Of a stretch of DNA of 64,000 bases, positions 1-8,422 are shown one piece after another. The stretch is from Candidatus Woesearchaeota archaeon (lineage in GTDB: Archaea > Nanobdellota > Nanobdellia > Pacearchaeales > GW2011-AR1), in NCBI GenBank assembly GCA_964530955.1, contig CAZHCL010000002.1, positions 1 to 64,000 of the forward strand, written 5' to 3'. The position numbers and the translations under genes were made by a program. Position 1 is the first letter of the stretch. Each line of letters begins with the position of its first letter. The notes beneath the pieces are model-generated. The model had not been told where the DNA came from, did no database searches, and saw nothing but the letters and a program-made list of their open reading frames with translations.

Positions 1-212
1 TGACTTAAAAAACTTAGAGAAATTTGTAGAAAAGCACTCATCGTTATGAATTATAAAGAAGGCTTGAAGCTAAACTTGAAGAATGCTGATTTATACTGTG
101 CTTGTCAAGAAATTAATATAATAGCTAATAGCAAGATTATAATACTGATTTAAAATAAGCAGTCATTTACCAGAGAAAGTTTTAAATATATTTGATAACT
201 ATTAAAAATAAG

Positions 213-581
213 ATGAAAATCTGGAAATCGATATGGTTCGGTGCGATTTTATGGGTATTGATATTTTTTGAAGTGTCTATTTTAATGTTTGGATTCGGAT
301 TAAGCGGAGGAGCACCTTACTACATAACACATTACATATTATCTATTCTGTTAGCAGGAATTGTAGCATTGATTTACTTCCGCAATGAAAAGACAAGCTT
401 CGGCAATGGAATTCTAACAGGAGTTATATTTGCGATTACAGGAATAATTCTGGATGCAATAATAACTGTTCCATTATTCGTTAAAAGCTATGCATTAATG
501 TTTGGTAATTTTATGACTTGGATAGGCATTCTACTAGGAATTTTGACAGTAGGAATAGTCGGCGCAATTAAGAAAAAATAA
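213..581 (+). CDS. Small multi-pass membrane protein, function unknown
   Basis: About four hydrophobic segments. The ORF track starts at TTG 192, but ATG 213 lies 25 nt after a TTTAAATA box (181-188). Confidence 0.7.
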   Translation: MKIWKSIWFGAILWVLIFFEVSILMFGFGLSGGAPYYITHYILSILLAGIVALIYFRNEKTSFGNGILTGVIFAITGIILDAIITVPLFVKSYALMFGNFMTWIGILLGILTVGIVGAIKKK

Positions 582-645
582 GCAGCCAATTAATTCTCAA
601 TCTGATTATACAAATCATTAAATAGTGAATCCTAAAGCTTAATTT

Positions 646-1158
646 ATGGTAGATGATAGAGATTCTTACTTTATGAGATTAGCATTATCAGAAGCTCAAG
701 AAGGATACAATAGAGATGACTTTCCAGTTGGAGCAGTCTTAGCAGTAGATGGAGAATATTTGGGAAAAGGAAGTAATAGTACAAAAACAAACAGAGAATG
801 GTCTTCTCATGCAGAATCTTCCCTAATAAGATCTTTCGCTCCAGCAATTCAAAGAAATAAAAAAGATGAAAAGTCAATTGAACTATATACTACACTTGAA
901 CCTTGCTTAATGTGCCTTGGAACAATCGTACTCAACAGAATAACTAGAATTGTTTATGCCTGTCCAGACCCAAATGGCGGAGCAGCAAGATTAGACCCTA
1001 ACCAGTTAGGAAAATGGTATGTTAAAAAATGGCCTATGATTGAACAATGTAATGAATTTAGAGAGGAGTCATATATATTACTAACCGATTATATGAGAAA
1101 GCATGAAAAATGGAAAAATATTCTGGCCTCTTTTGAAGATATGCATAAGCAAGGGTAA
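646..1158 (+). CDS. Zn-dependent nucleoside/nucleotide deaminase (CDA superfamily, TadA/guanine-deaminase-like)
   Basis: FMRLAL..A, PVGAVL, HAE and TLEPCLMC zinc motifs, plus the TadA-like 'YACPDPNGGA' segment. Confidence 0.9.
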   Translation: MVDDRDSYFMRLALSEAQEGYNRDDFPVGAVLAVDGEYLGKGSNSTKTNREWSSHAESSLIRSFAPAIQRNKKDEKSIELYTTLEPCLMCLGTIVLNRITRIVYACPDPNGGAARLDPNQLGKWYVKKWPMIEQCNEFREESYILLTDYMRKHEKWKNILASFEDMHKQG

Positions 1159-1235
1159 TTTAGATTACCATATTTCTATTTTAGTCAACAATTCTTGACT
1201 TTCCATTATTTAAGCATCTTCTTTTCTTGAAGATT

Positions 1236-2276
1236 ATGAATTGCGTTGATATTTTAGTTGGATTGCAATGGGGTTCAGAAGGAAAAGGAAAGGTAACAAA
1301 ATACCTCTCCTCAGAATACAATGCAATTATTCGCTCAGGAGGTCCTCAGGCAGGACATACCTTTTATCATAATGGAACTAAGTATATCAATAGACAGATT
1401 CCATGTGGTGTTTTTGATGATTGTTTATTATACCTCTCACCGGCAAGCATAATCAATATTGAAGTTTTAGAAGAAGAAATAAAAAGATACAATTTGTCTC
1501 CAAAAAAGTTGATGATTGACAGTAAAGCAATGGTTCTCACAAAAGAGAATATTGAAACTGAAATAAATTCTTCATTAAAAAGCAGATTAGGCTCCACATG
1601 TGAAGGAGTTGGTGCCGCACAAGCTGATAAGATTATGAGAAAAGGAGTTCTATTTGAAAAATTTGCAAGAAATTCTCCTCTTGAAAAATATTGTGGAGAT
1701 GTTGTAAAAGAAATTCATTCACACATAAAAAAAGAGGAATTTATTTTAATTGAAGGAACGCAGGGATTCGGACTTTGCTTGAATCATGGGAAATATCCAT
1801 TTGTAACAAGCAGAGATGTAACTTCCTCTGCCTTGTTAAACGACTGCGGCATTCCACCAAAAGCCCACAGAAAAACCATAGGAGTAATGAGAACATATCC
1901 AATCAGAGTAGGAGGTAATTCAGGCCCTACTAATTCAAGAGAAATCAGCTGGGAAGAAATTGAAAGAAGAAGCAATTCATCAAGAAAAATAAGAGAATAT
2001 ACCACAGTTACAAAAAGATTAAGAAGAATCTTTGAGCAGGATTATGACAACTTAGAAAGAGCAATAATGGTAAATGCCCCTGATGAATTAGCTCTTATGT
2101 TTTTAGATTATATTAATGCAGAAGACTATGGAAAAAGCTCTTTTGAAGACTTATCAGATAAGTCAAAATCATATGCCTCAGAGCTAGAACTCAAACTAAA
2201 AGTACCTATAACCTTGATTGGAACTGGCCCAGATGAAAAACATATAATTGACAGAAGAAAAAGAAGAAATCCTTAG
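1236..2276 (+). CDS. Adenylosuccinate synthetase-family protein (short archaeal/phage type) with PurZ0-like signature
   Basis: Family motifs QWG.EGKGK, GGPQAGHT, GSTCEGVG, EGTQGFGL, YPFVTSRD, TTVTKRLRR and IGTGP are present. Deviations from PurA: GSEGKG (not GDEGKG) and PIRVGGNSG (not PTRVGxGP). ATG 1236 is preferred over TTG 1227. Confidence 0.92.
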   Translation: MNCVDILVGLQWGSEGKGKVTKYLSSEYNAIIRSGGPQAGHTFYHNGTKYINRQIPCGVFDDCLLYLSPASIINIEVLEEEIKRYNLSPKKLMIDSKAMVLTKENIETEINSSLKSRLGSTCEGVGAAQADKIMRKGVLFEKFARNSPLEKYCGDVVKEIHSHIKKEEFILIEGTQGFGLCLNHGKYPFVTSRDVTSSALLNDCGIPPKAHRKTIGVMRTYPIRVGGNSGPTNSREISWEEIERRSNSSRKIREYTTVTKRLRRIFEQDYDNLERAIMVNAPDELALMFLDYINAEDYGKSSFEDLSDKSKSYASELELKLKVPITLIGTGPDEKHIIDRRKRRNP

Positions 2277-2293
2277 TTTCTTAGAATATAATA

Positions 2294-2331
2294 GTAACTA
2301 TAAAGTAGTTACAAATACAAAGATTTAAATA
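2294..2331 (+). promoter_or_regulatory. 38-nt operator+BRE/TATA element, copy 1, containing the perfect palindrome GTAACTA-N5-TAGTTAC
   Basis: gtaactataaagtagttacaaatacaaagatttaaata. The TATA box ends 28 nt before ATG 2359. Near-identical copies at 41586-41623 and 24645-24682. Confidence 0.65.
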
Positions 2332-2358
2332 TCCATCCTACCTGGTAGCATAAAGAAG

Positions 2359-2508
2359 ATGAAATATAAAATAAGCATTTCAGTAGATGAAGAAACCCTG
2401 AACAAAGTAGATTTAGGAGTCCTCAGGAGAAAATTCAGGAACAGATCTCATGCTTTTGAATACGCTCTTACTAGGATATTAAAAATGGAGGAAAACAAAA
2501 ATGAGTAA
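2359..2508 (+). CDS. Ribbon-helix-helix (CopG/MetJ-like) small DNA-binding protein, 49 aa; missing from the ORF track
   Basis: Manual translation MKYKISISVDEETLNKVDLGVLRRKFRNRSHAFEYALTRILKMEENKNE fits the RHH pattern and overlaps the kinase start. Confidence 0.75.
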   Translation: MKYKISISVDEETLNKVDLGVLRRKFRNRSHAFEYALTRILKMEENKNE

Positions 2509-3745
2509 TACATTGAATTTGTCAACAAATGAGCAAGAGAAGTTAGTCGCTAAAGGCGTTGACCTGACAAGGGCAAGATACTTAGGTGAGGGAAAGAATA
2601 GAACAGCATATTCTGCTTATAGAACTACAGGTACAAAATCATATCCCGTTACAATTTGTGTTCCAAAGACAAATCCAAAGGATCAAACTCCAAATGCAGT
2701 AATAAACCGGGAAAAATTGGATGGAGATCTTAATGAATATGAAGTATTAAGAAACATCGGAGTATCTGAAGCAGATTCAATTGAAGGGGATGGAAGAAGA
2801 ATTAATATGATCCCTTTTCCTTCAGAAACAGATTTAGAAAGACTTGTTGAATCACGCGGACCTCTGAGGGAAAGGTGCCAGGTTCAGCATATTATTGGTG
2901 GATTGCTTAATGACTTGGAATCTCTTTCGGCACACGGATTGTTACATAGAGACATAAAGCCGGATAATGTATTCATTGATTACGACCTAAGAGAGCCAGT
3001 AGGAAGTCTAGGAGATTATCAGTTAACAGGAAGGATTGATTCATTGAAAGAAAGTCCATTGCCAACAAGAGGAACTGGTGCATACGCGCACAGAAGTCTC
3101 TTGAACGCTTGGGCAACAGGAAAGCCTGCAAAAGCAAGTGAACGGACAGATGTTGCATCTTTTGGAAACACAATATATTTCCTATTTACAGGAAAAAAGC
3201 CTTCAAGCTATAACCTCGTTGAGGCAGAAAACGGAAGAGAAATTGAGTTCAATGGAAGAAAGTTTAAGGTTGCATTAGTAAAGAAAGATGGTCAAGGAAC
3301 ACATAGATTAGAAAGACTAGAAGATAAGGACGAAGAGTTAAGAATATCACAGATGAGCAAAGAAGTTCCTGCATGGGCTCAAGAATTGGTTTATCGATGC
3401 TTGACTGATAACCCAAGAAAATCATTTAAGTCATTTGGTCAAGTTAGACAGTACTATGATAAGCTGTCTGAACAGTTATATGTTAAAGAGACTGAGGGAC
3501 CCGATTGGAAATTTTTAGCCAAAGCCGGAGGAATCGCTGCAGGAGTTATGCTTGGGCTTGGAACTTTATTTGGACCAAGCAAAGAAACTGTCAAGATATA
3601 TGAAAAGAATCCTACAGAGTTACATCGAATGATGCTTAAGCCTAATAATGCAGCTTACGCTCCATCAAAAACTCCTTTAGAACTTTATCAAAATTATATC
3701 GCTCCGAGAATAGATAAGCCCATCAATGGGGAAGAAGCTGAATAG
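2501..3745 (+). CDS. Atypical Hanks-type Ser/Thr protein kinase with C-terminal transmembrane helix
   Basis: LGEGKNRTAY Gly-loop, HRDIKPDN catalytic loop, GDYQL in place of DFG, GTGAY, TDVASFG. Hydrophobic segment AGGIAAGVMLGLGTLFG near the C-terminus. Confidence 0.85.
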   Translation: MSNTLNLSTNEQEKLVAKGVDLTRARYLGEGKNRTAYSAYRTTGTKSYPVTICVPKTNPKDQTPNAVINREKLDGDLNEYEVLRNIGVSEADSIEGDGRRINMIPFPSETDLERLVESRGPLRERCQVQHIIGGLLNDLESLSAHGLLHRDIKPDNVFIDYDLREPVGSLGDYQLTGRIDSLKESPLPTRGTGAYAHRSLLNAWATGKPAKASERTDVASFGNTIYFLFTGKKPSSYNLVEAENGREIEFNGRKFKVALVKKDGQGTHRLERLEDKDEELRISQMSKEVPAWAQELVYRCLTDNPRKSFKSFGQVRQYYDKLSEQLYVKETEGPDWKFLAKAGGIAAGVMLGLGTLFGPSKETVKIYEKNPTELHRMMLKPNNAAYAPSKTPLELYQNYIAPRIDKPINGEEAE

Positions 3746-4602
3746 AAATTTCTAATTGAACTTAAAATACGGTGTAATACCAGCCTTTCATTTGGATCGC
3801 TGCATTTCTTAAGTAAGTTATATCCTTTTTCAAATGTCGCTTCTTTTTCTAACTTATGTATTTTTTCCAGAAGGGAAAAGTCTTTTGTTTCAATTGCCTT
3901 TATTAGATGATCAAAAATGTTCTTAGCTTCTTCTGACAAAGTTGCCAAGGAATTAGACTTTACTTTTGAGGTGGATATCAATTTTAGAGCATAATAAAGA
4001 TCCCTCTGAGCATGATAAACTGCACTATGAAATGCAAGCCATAGTTGTGCATCATCATAACTCCCTTTTGCAATCATTCTCCTACAGAAGTTATCAAAAG
4101 ATTGAATTTGGCTCTCTGTTGATTCAAATTCTGTTTTTTTGCCTTCGGAAAAACCATTTATTGCTAAGAAAAGATAATCAATATTTAAAAATAATTTTGA
4201 TTGTATGTTGTCAAATTGGTCTTTAGAGTGTTCTAAAATATTTTCTATAATACAGCTACCCTTGCTTCTTTTTATTATCTCAAATCCAATAAGACTACTC
4301 TTGGTTTCTTTCTCGATTACTTTCAATATCCCGTCATCAGCATAGTTTAGAGTAATCTTCTCATAACTTAGTCGATATAAATTAGTCAAAATTGCTCTGA
4401 TTGATGATTCCGTATCACTAGTAATCTTTATTTCTATTTGTTTCTTAGTCTTATTGGCGCTTCCCTTAAGAAGAAGTTCATTGCCTTTTTCTTCTACATT
4501 TATTTCATCACCTTTGGCAAGATCATTTTTCTTAAGCCACTTTGCAGGCAAGCTAACCATAAGCGTTGCCGGTCCGTGTTGTACTAGCCTTCTTCCATCC
4601 AT
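3694..4602 (-). CDS. AbrB-domain / PhoU-like transcriptional regulator (archaeal phosphate-uptake-regulator family)
   Basis: N-terminal RRLVQHGPATLMVSLPAKWLKKNDLAKGDEINVEE swapped-hairpin motif followed by helical PhoU-like repeats. Confidence 0.8.
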   Translation of the reverse strand: MDGRRLVQHGPATLMVSLPAKWLKKNDLAKGDEINVEEKGNELLLKGSANKTKKQIEIKITSDTESSIRAILTNLYRLSYEKITLNYADDGILKVIEKETKSSLIGFEIIKRSKGSCIIENILEHSKDQFDNIQSKLFLNIDYLFLAINGFSEGKKTEFESTESQIQSFDNFCRRMIAKGSYDDAQLWLAFHSAVYHAQRDLYYALKLISTSKVKSNSLATLSEEAKNIFDHLIKAIETKDFSLLEKIHKLEKEATFEKGYNLLKKCSDPNERLVLHRILSSIRNFYSASSPLMGLSILGAI

Positions 4603-4768
4603 ACATTCTGCAGGAAAAAGCGATATTTAAACCTTTCTATAATATATACATATTTGATACAATAATATACATGTAATAAAAAAGATTAAGTATCTATAAA
4701 ATATGTAAATATTGTGTCATTAGAGAGTAGCAATACCTTCTAAGGCATACAAATAAGGAAAAAGCAAA

Positions 4769-6985
4769 ATGACAAATGAAAAACAAACACTAGAACAAAG
4801 GTTAATAGAAGTAGCAAGTGCCGAAGGACTAACTAAAAAAGAGCTATCCGCTCGAATTCAGCAAAAATTAGTCGAAATAGCCAAACTGAGTTTAGACCAT
4901 ACTGAAGCGATTAATGCTGCAAAGCTTTTGGAGACAAAAATTGATGAATCAAGCGTTCAGCAAATATATTCTCACTTATCTCAAACAAGATCTACAAATA
5001 AGTTAACTCCTGAAAATTCATGGCAATACAATCATACTTACCTAGCCCCAATCAAAAAATTCTATGAAGCCACAGATGTAGTCCCTGCTTTTGAACCTGC
5101 AGAGTTAAAAGAGCTTGTAATTAGAGAATCATTGCCTATAAGTGTTGCTGTATCCGGCCTACACTCAAACGTTTTTGATTCAGAATTTTATGATAAATAT
5201 CTTAAGAGCCTTTTCAAAAGGGAGGGATTTTATGATGATGAGAAAGAGGCATTAAAGATAGTTAAAACTAAACGCCCAGAAGAATTTGCAAAAGCAAGAG
5301 ATAATCTTTTAGAAGAAGCGGTCAGAGATAAAGATATTTCTCTACTGTCTAGGATAGGCCAGCAATTACCAGAGGTTAAATTTGAGAAATATACTCCACA
5401 AATTGAAGAGATTCTGACAACTACCTTATGTAAAGGCGAAATGGATGAATTTGAAAGTATATCGAAGATTACAAAGGTTAAAGTAAAAGAAGACCCCCGC
5501 ATTCAAGAAAGATATGAAGAGATTTTTACAAAAGGGGAAGCATACAGATTTCGTGCAATAAAAAATGTACAAAAATTATCTGGAATTCCGATTAAAAGAA
5601 CACCTCAAATTGAAAAGATTATTAATGAAAAAATAATTCCAGGATCATTTTATGACTACTCTGGACTTGTTGATGAATTAAAGGATATCGGTTTAGAGGT
5701 TTCAGAAAAAGAATTAACTGAATATTTTTATAAGGAAATCAGTAAGCAATTAGTAATCCCTTCATTTGACAAGAAATATAACTCTAAAGAAGGTTATAGT
5801 CCTCTTTATTGGTTAAATAGAGTTCTCGAACCGTCAAAAAAGTTAAAAATTGTATTAACCCCAAAACTGGCAGAAGATATTTCTTCTCAACTTTATAGGA
5901 CTAATCCTCAAGAAGCAGAGTCTATTGCAAAAGGTACAAAAATAAATCTTGATGAGAAAAGAGTGCAAGACTCTATTGTAGAACAGCTGAAAGATGGAAA
6001 GATAGATCTTGCAATTGGTTGGGCTGAATATTTCTGTGTTAGACCAAAATTGTCTGATGAACAACTCTCTAACCTTGGAAAAGTTGCAATAGCTAAAGCA
6101 ACTGCTTCAGATTATGGAAAAATAGAGATTCTTGATAAGGTTAAAGACTTAGCAGAACTCGCAGAAAAGAAAGTTAATTATGACTCTGCGTCTATAGAAA
6201 GATTATTTGAAAGCGCAATTGATCAAAGAAGTTCAAGCGAATCACCTGCAAATCTGCGTAAATATCTTGGAGTTGAATATTCCCCCAAAATTTTAGAATT
6301 ATTACAGAAAAAGGTTCTAAAAAGTCTTTTAGATGAGAAATTGAACGGACGGGAATTAAGACCCTTATATACTCACGATCTCGAGCATATTGAAGCATGG
6401 TCTGGAATTCCAGTGTCTGAAAAAACTATTCGAGCGATTTACGATAAACAACTTGAAATAGGAAATTATGGAGATATAGTTTACTCAGTAAAAGAATGCT
6501 CTAAAGAAAATCCTCGATTACAAATGGGGCTTGAGCATATTATTGAATGGATTCAATCTCCAACAAAAGATCAAATAACCGAGCAAAAAAGTGCAAGACT
6601 CGCAAAAGAAAAGCAACGTGAGTTAGAGCATCAGGAAGAATTAAGAAGGCGCGAAAGTCTGCCAAAATATTCCCTTAGTCAACAGTCAAAAAATTACAAA
6701 GTAGATATAACTGTCCCATTAAATTCTGAAAATAAGTTTGTTTATGCCAAAACAAAAGAGGGTTTGGAACTTGTCTATGCAAGACCATTATATGACTGCG
6801 GGTATCATCGAGATATAGCTGCATTGATTCAGAAGGAACACGGCGAATTAACCGAAATAAGAGGTGGCTGGATTAAAGCAGGTAATTCTGGATTAGAAAT
6901 ATATGGTTCATCTGAGAGTTTTGGAACTGCGCCAATGAATCATATTAGAGAACTTCTATCAAAACGGGAGGTTTCGAAAAAATGA
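4769..6985 (+). CDS. Large helical-repeat protein with a C-terminal Janus/Ocnus (PHPT1-like) phosphohistidine phosphatase domain
   Basis: C-terminal KFV...YHRDI...GGWI...IYGSSESFG matches the PHPT1 pattern KYV...YHADI...GGGRI...VYGYSMAYG. The rest is helical, with loose G(I/V)xxxE repeats. Confidence 0.65.
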   Translation: MTNEKQTLEQRLIEVASAEGLTKKELSARIQQKLVEIAKLSLDHTEAINAAKLLETKIDESSVQQIYSHLSQTRSTNKLTPENSWQYNHTYLAPIKKFYEATDVVPAFEPAELKELVIRESLPISVAVSGLHSNVFDSEFYDKYLKSLFKREGFYDDEKEALKIVKTKRPEEFAKARDNLLEEAVRDKDISLLSRIGQQLPEVKFEKYTPQIEEILTTTLCKGEMDEFESISKITKVKVKEDPRIQERYEEIFTKGEAYRFRAIKNVQKLSGIPIKRTPQIEKIINEKIIPGSFYDYSGLVDELKDIGLEVSEKELTEYFYKEISKQLVIPSFDKKYNSKEGYSPLYWLNRVLEPSKKLKIVLTPKLAEDISSQLYRTNPQEAESIAKGTKINLDEKRVQDSIVEQLKDGKIDLAIGWAEYFCVRPKLSDEQLSNLGKVAIAKATASDYGKIEILDKVKDLAELAEKKVNYDSASIERLFESAIDQRSSSESPANLRKYLGVEYSPKILELLQKKVLKSLLDEKLNGRELRPLYTHDLEHIEAWSGIPVSEKTIRAIYDKQLEIGNYGDIVYSVKECSKENPRLQMGLEHIIEWIQSPTKDQITEQKSARLAKEKQRELEHQEELRRRESLPKYSLSQQSKNYKVDITVPLNSENKFVYAKTKEGLELVYARPLYDCGYHRDIAALIQKEHGELTEIRGGWIKAGNSGLEIYGSSESFGTAPMNHIRELLSKREVSKK

Positions 6986-7560
6986 ATTTCAAAATTTTAG
7001 AACTCCAAAAAACCAGTAGCAGCGAGGTATTTGTACCAAGAGCAGATAAAATCGTATTACAAGCTTTGATACCTTCACTCGAAAGAAGAATAGTAGATAT
7101 AAAAGAATATGCTGCTAAAGCATATTTTATAGACCAATCATCCTATGGATATGAGCGATCTTCTGGCAACCACTTAGTGGAAAGAGACTTGGCGGCATTT
7201 CTTGTTAGCCATTCTGTAGAGGGTTTTAACTATTTTGATAACGGCAATGTATACCGATGTCTTAATGCGATTATAGGAGTTAAACACGAAGGCAACAAAA
7301 TAACTTTGCGTCCTCTTAGAACTGGATTTAGTCAAGCAGGTTATGCTGATGTTTCAGAACATAAAAACTTTGAGCTCTTAAATCTTGAAAATGGAATACT
7401 TTCATACAATGAAACTTTAAGAACAGGTTTTGAAGAAAAAAGTGTTCATAACAAAGCTGGAGTAATTTATGCCGGTAGTAAAATAGTTAGGGTAGCAAAT
7501 GGCACAAAGAAAGAATTGTGTACCCTAGATCTGAAACAGGCAATGGAGGCAAAAAAATGA
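6982..7560 (+). CDS. Hypothetical protein
   Basis: ATGA overlap with the upstream gene and GGAGGT Shine-Dalgarno (SD); no recognised motif. Confidence 0.7.
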   Translation: MNFKILELQKTSSSEVFVPRADKIVLQALIPSLERRIVDIKEYAAKAYFIDQSSYGYERSSGNHLVERDLAAFLVSHSVEGFNYFDNGNVYRCLNAIIGVKHEGNKITLRPLRTGFSQAGYADVSEHKNFELLNLENGILSYNETLRTGFEEKSVHNKAGVIYAGSKIVRVANGTKKELCTLDLKQAMEAKK

Positions 7561-8057
7561 CCATTAACAAAATCTTAATCGCAGATGACAAAGAAGAAAA
7601 CAGAAAAGCTGCACTGCAAGCATTTCCTTTTGCAGATTGTGCATCTAGTGCAAAGCAAGCTCTCGAATTACTTGCATCGCATGATTATGACTTGGTCTTA
7701 ACAGATATGCAGATGGAGAAAGAAAATTCTGGTCTAGAAGTTATTGCGATGTCTCTAAGAAAAAGCATTTTGTGTTACACTATTTCAAACGCAGGTTTAA
7801 ATCATGGTGTTGAAAGCATTGAAGTAACCCCATATATTGATAATATTCAATACTCAAAGGGCAAAGCAAATCCAGAGACTTGGAAATATGTTCTTGAATT
7901 AATATCAAACGCAAAAGGATCGCATAAGTCCTACCAGGAAGTTCTATCAAAAATAAAAGGTAATTCAAAATCTAGCAAAGACCCATTAACAAATATTCCA
8001 GATGTAGTGATTACTGCATTGTATGCTCCTTGGAATACAAGAAGAAAAGCAAAATGA
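7557..8057 (+). CDS. Response-regulator receiver-domain protein with short C-terminal extension
   Basis: KILIADD...YDLVLTDMQM...SGLEV receiver motifs. True start is ATG 7557 (ATGA overlap, GGAGG SD). Confidence 0.85.
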   Translation: MTINKILIADDKEENRKAALQAFPFADCASSAKQALELLASHDYDLVLTDMQMEKENSGLEVIAMSLRKSILCYTISNAGLNHGVESIEVTPYIDNIQYSKGKANPETWKYVLELISNAKGSHKSYQEVLSKIKGNSKSSKDPLTNIPDVVITALYAPWNTRRKAK

Positions 8058-8422
8058 CAAGTAGAATACTGATAGGTGACGATAACGAGCAAATAAGGAA
8101 ATCCTTAGCAAGGACTCTAAAGTTAAGAAAGCTGGAAACAGATTTAGCAAGTACTCCTGAAGAGGTAATCAGAAAGGCAAAAGCAAATAATTATTCAGCA
8201 ATCATAACTGATTTAGAATATACTGAAGGCGGAAGAGAAGGATATGAAGTTCTGAGACAGATAAAAGAAACTCCATCAGTTAAAATTCTTTACACGGGAC
8301 AAATAGGATTTGAATTTTTGGCAGAAGGTCTTGCTAACGGAGCAGACTACGTTGTTCTTAGGAAAGAGATATCGCAATTAACTGAAGTTTTGGATAAAAT
8401 AATTAGGGGGAAAATGAAATGA
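8054..8422 (+). CDS. Stand-alone CheY-like receiver protein
   Basis: RILIGDD, AIITD (phospho-acceptor Asp), EGYEVL, ILYTG, GADYVVLRK. Start is ATG 8054 (ATGA overlap). Confidence 0.88.
   Translation: MTSRILIGDDNEQIRKSLARTLKLRKLETDLASTPEEVIRKAKANNYSAIITDLEYTEGGREGYEVLRQIKETPSVKILYTGQIGFEFLAEGLANGADYVVLRKEISQLTEVLDKIIRGKMK

Noticed and set aside
1-153. End of an upstream ORF (stop at 47-49) and a 35-codon ORF at 46-153 overlapping it by ATGA
   Set aside because: Too short to assign; no recognisable motif and no independent support.
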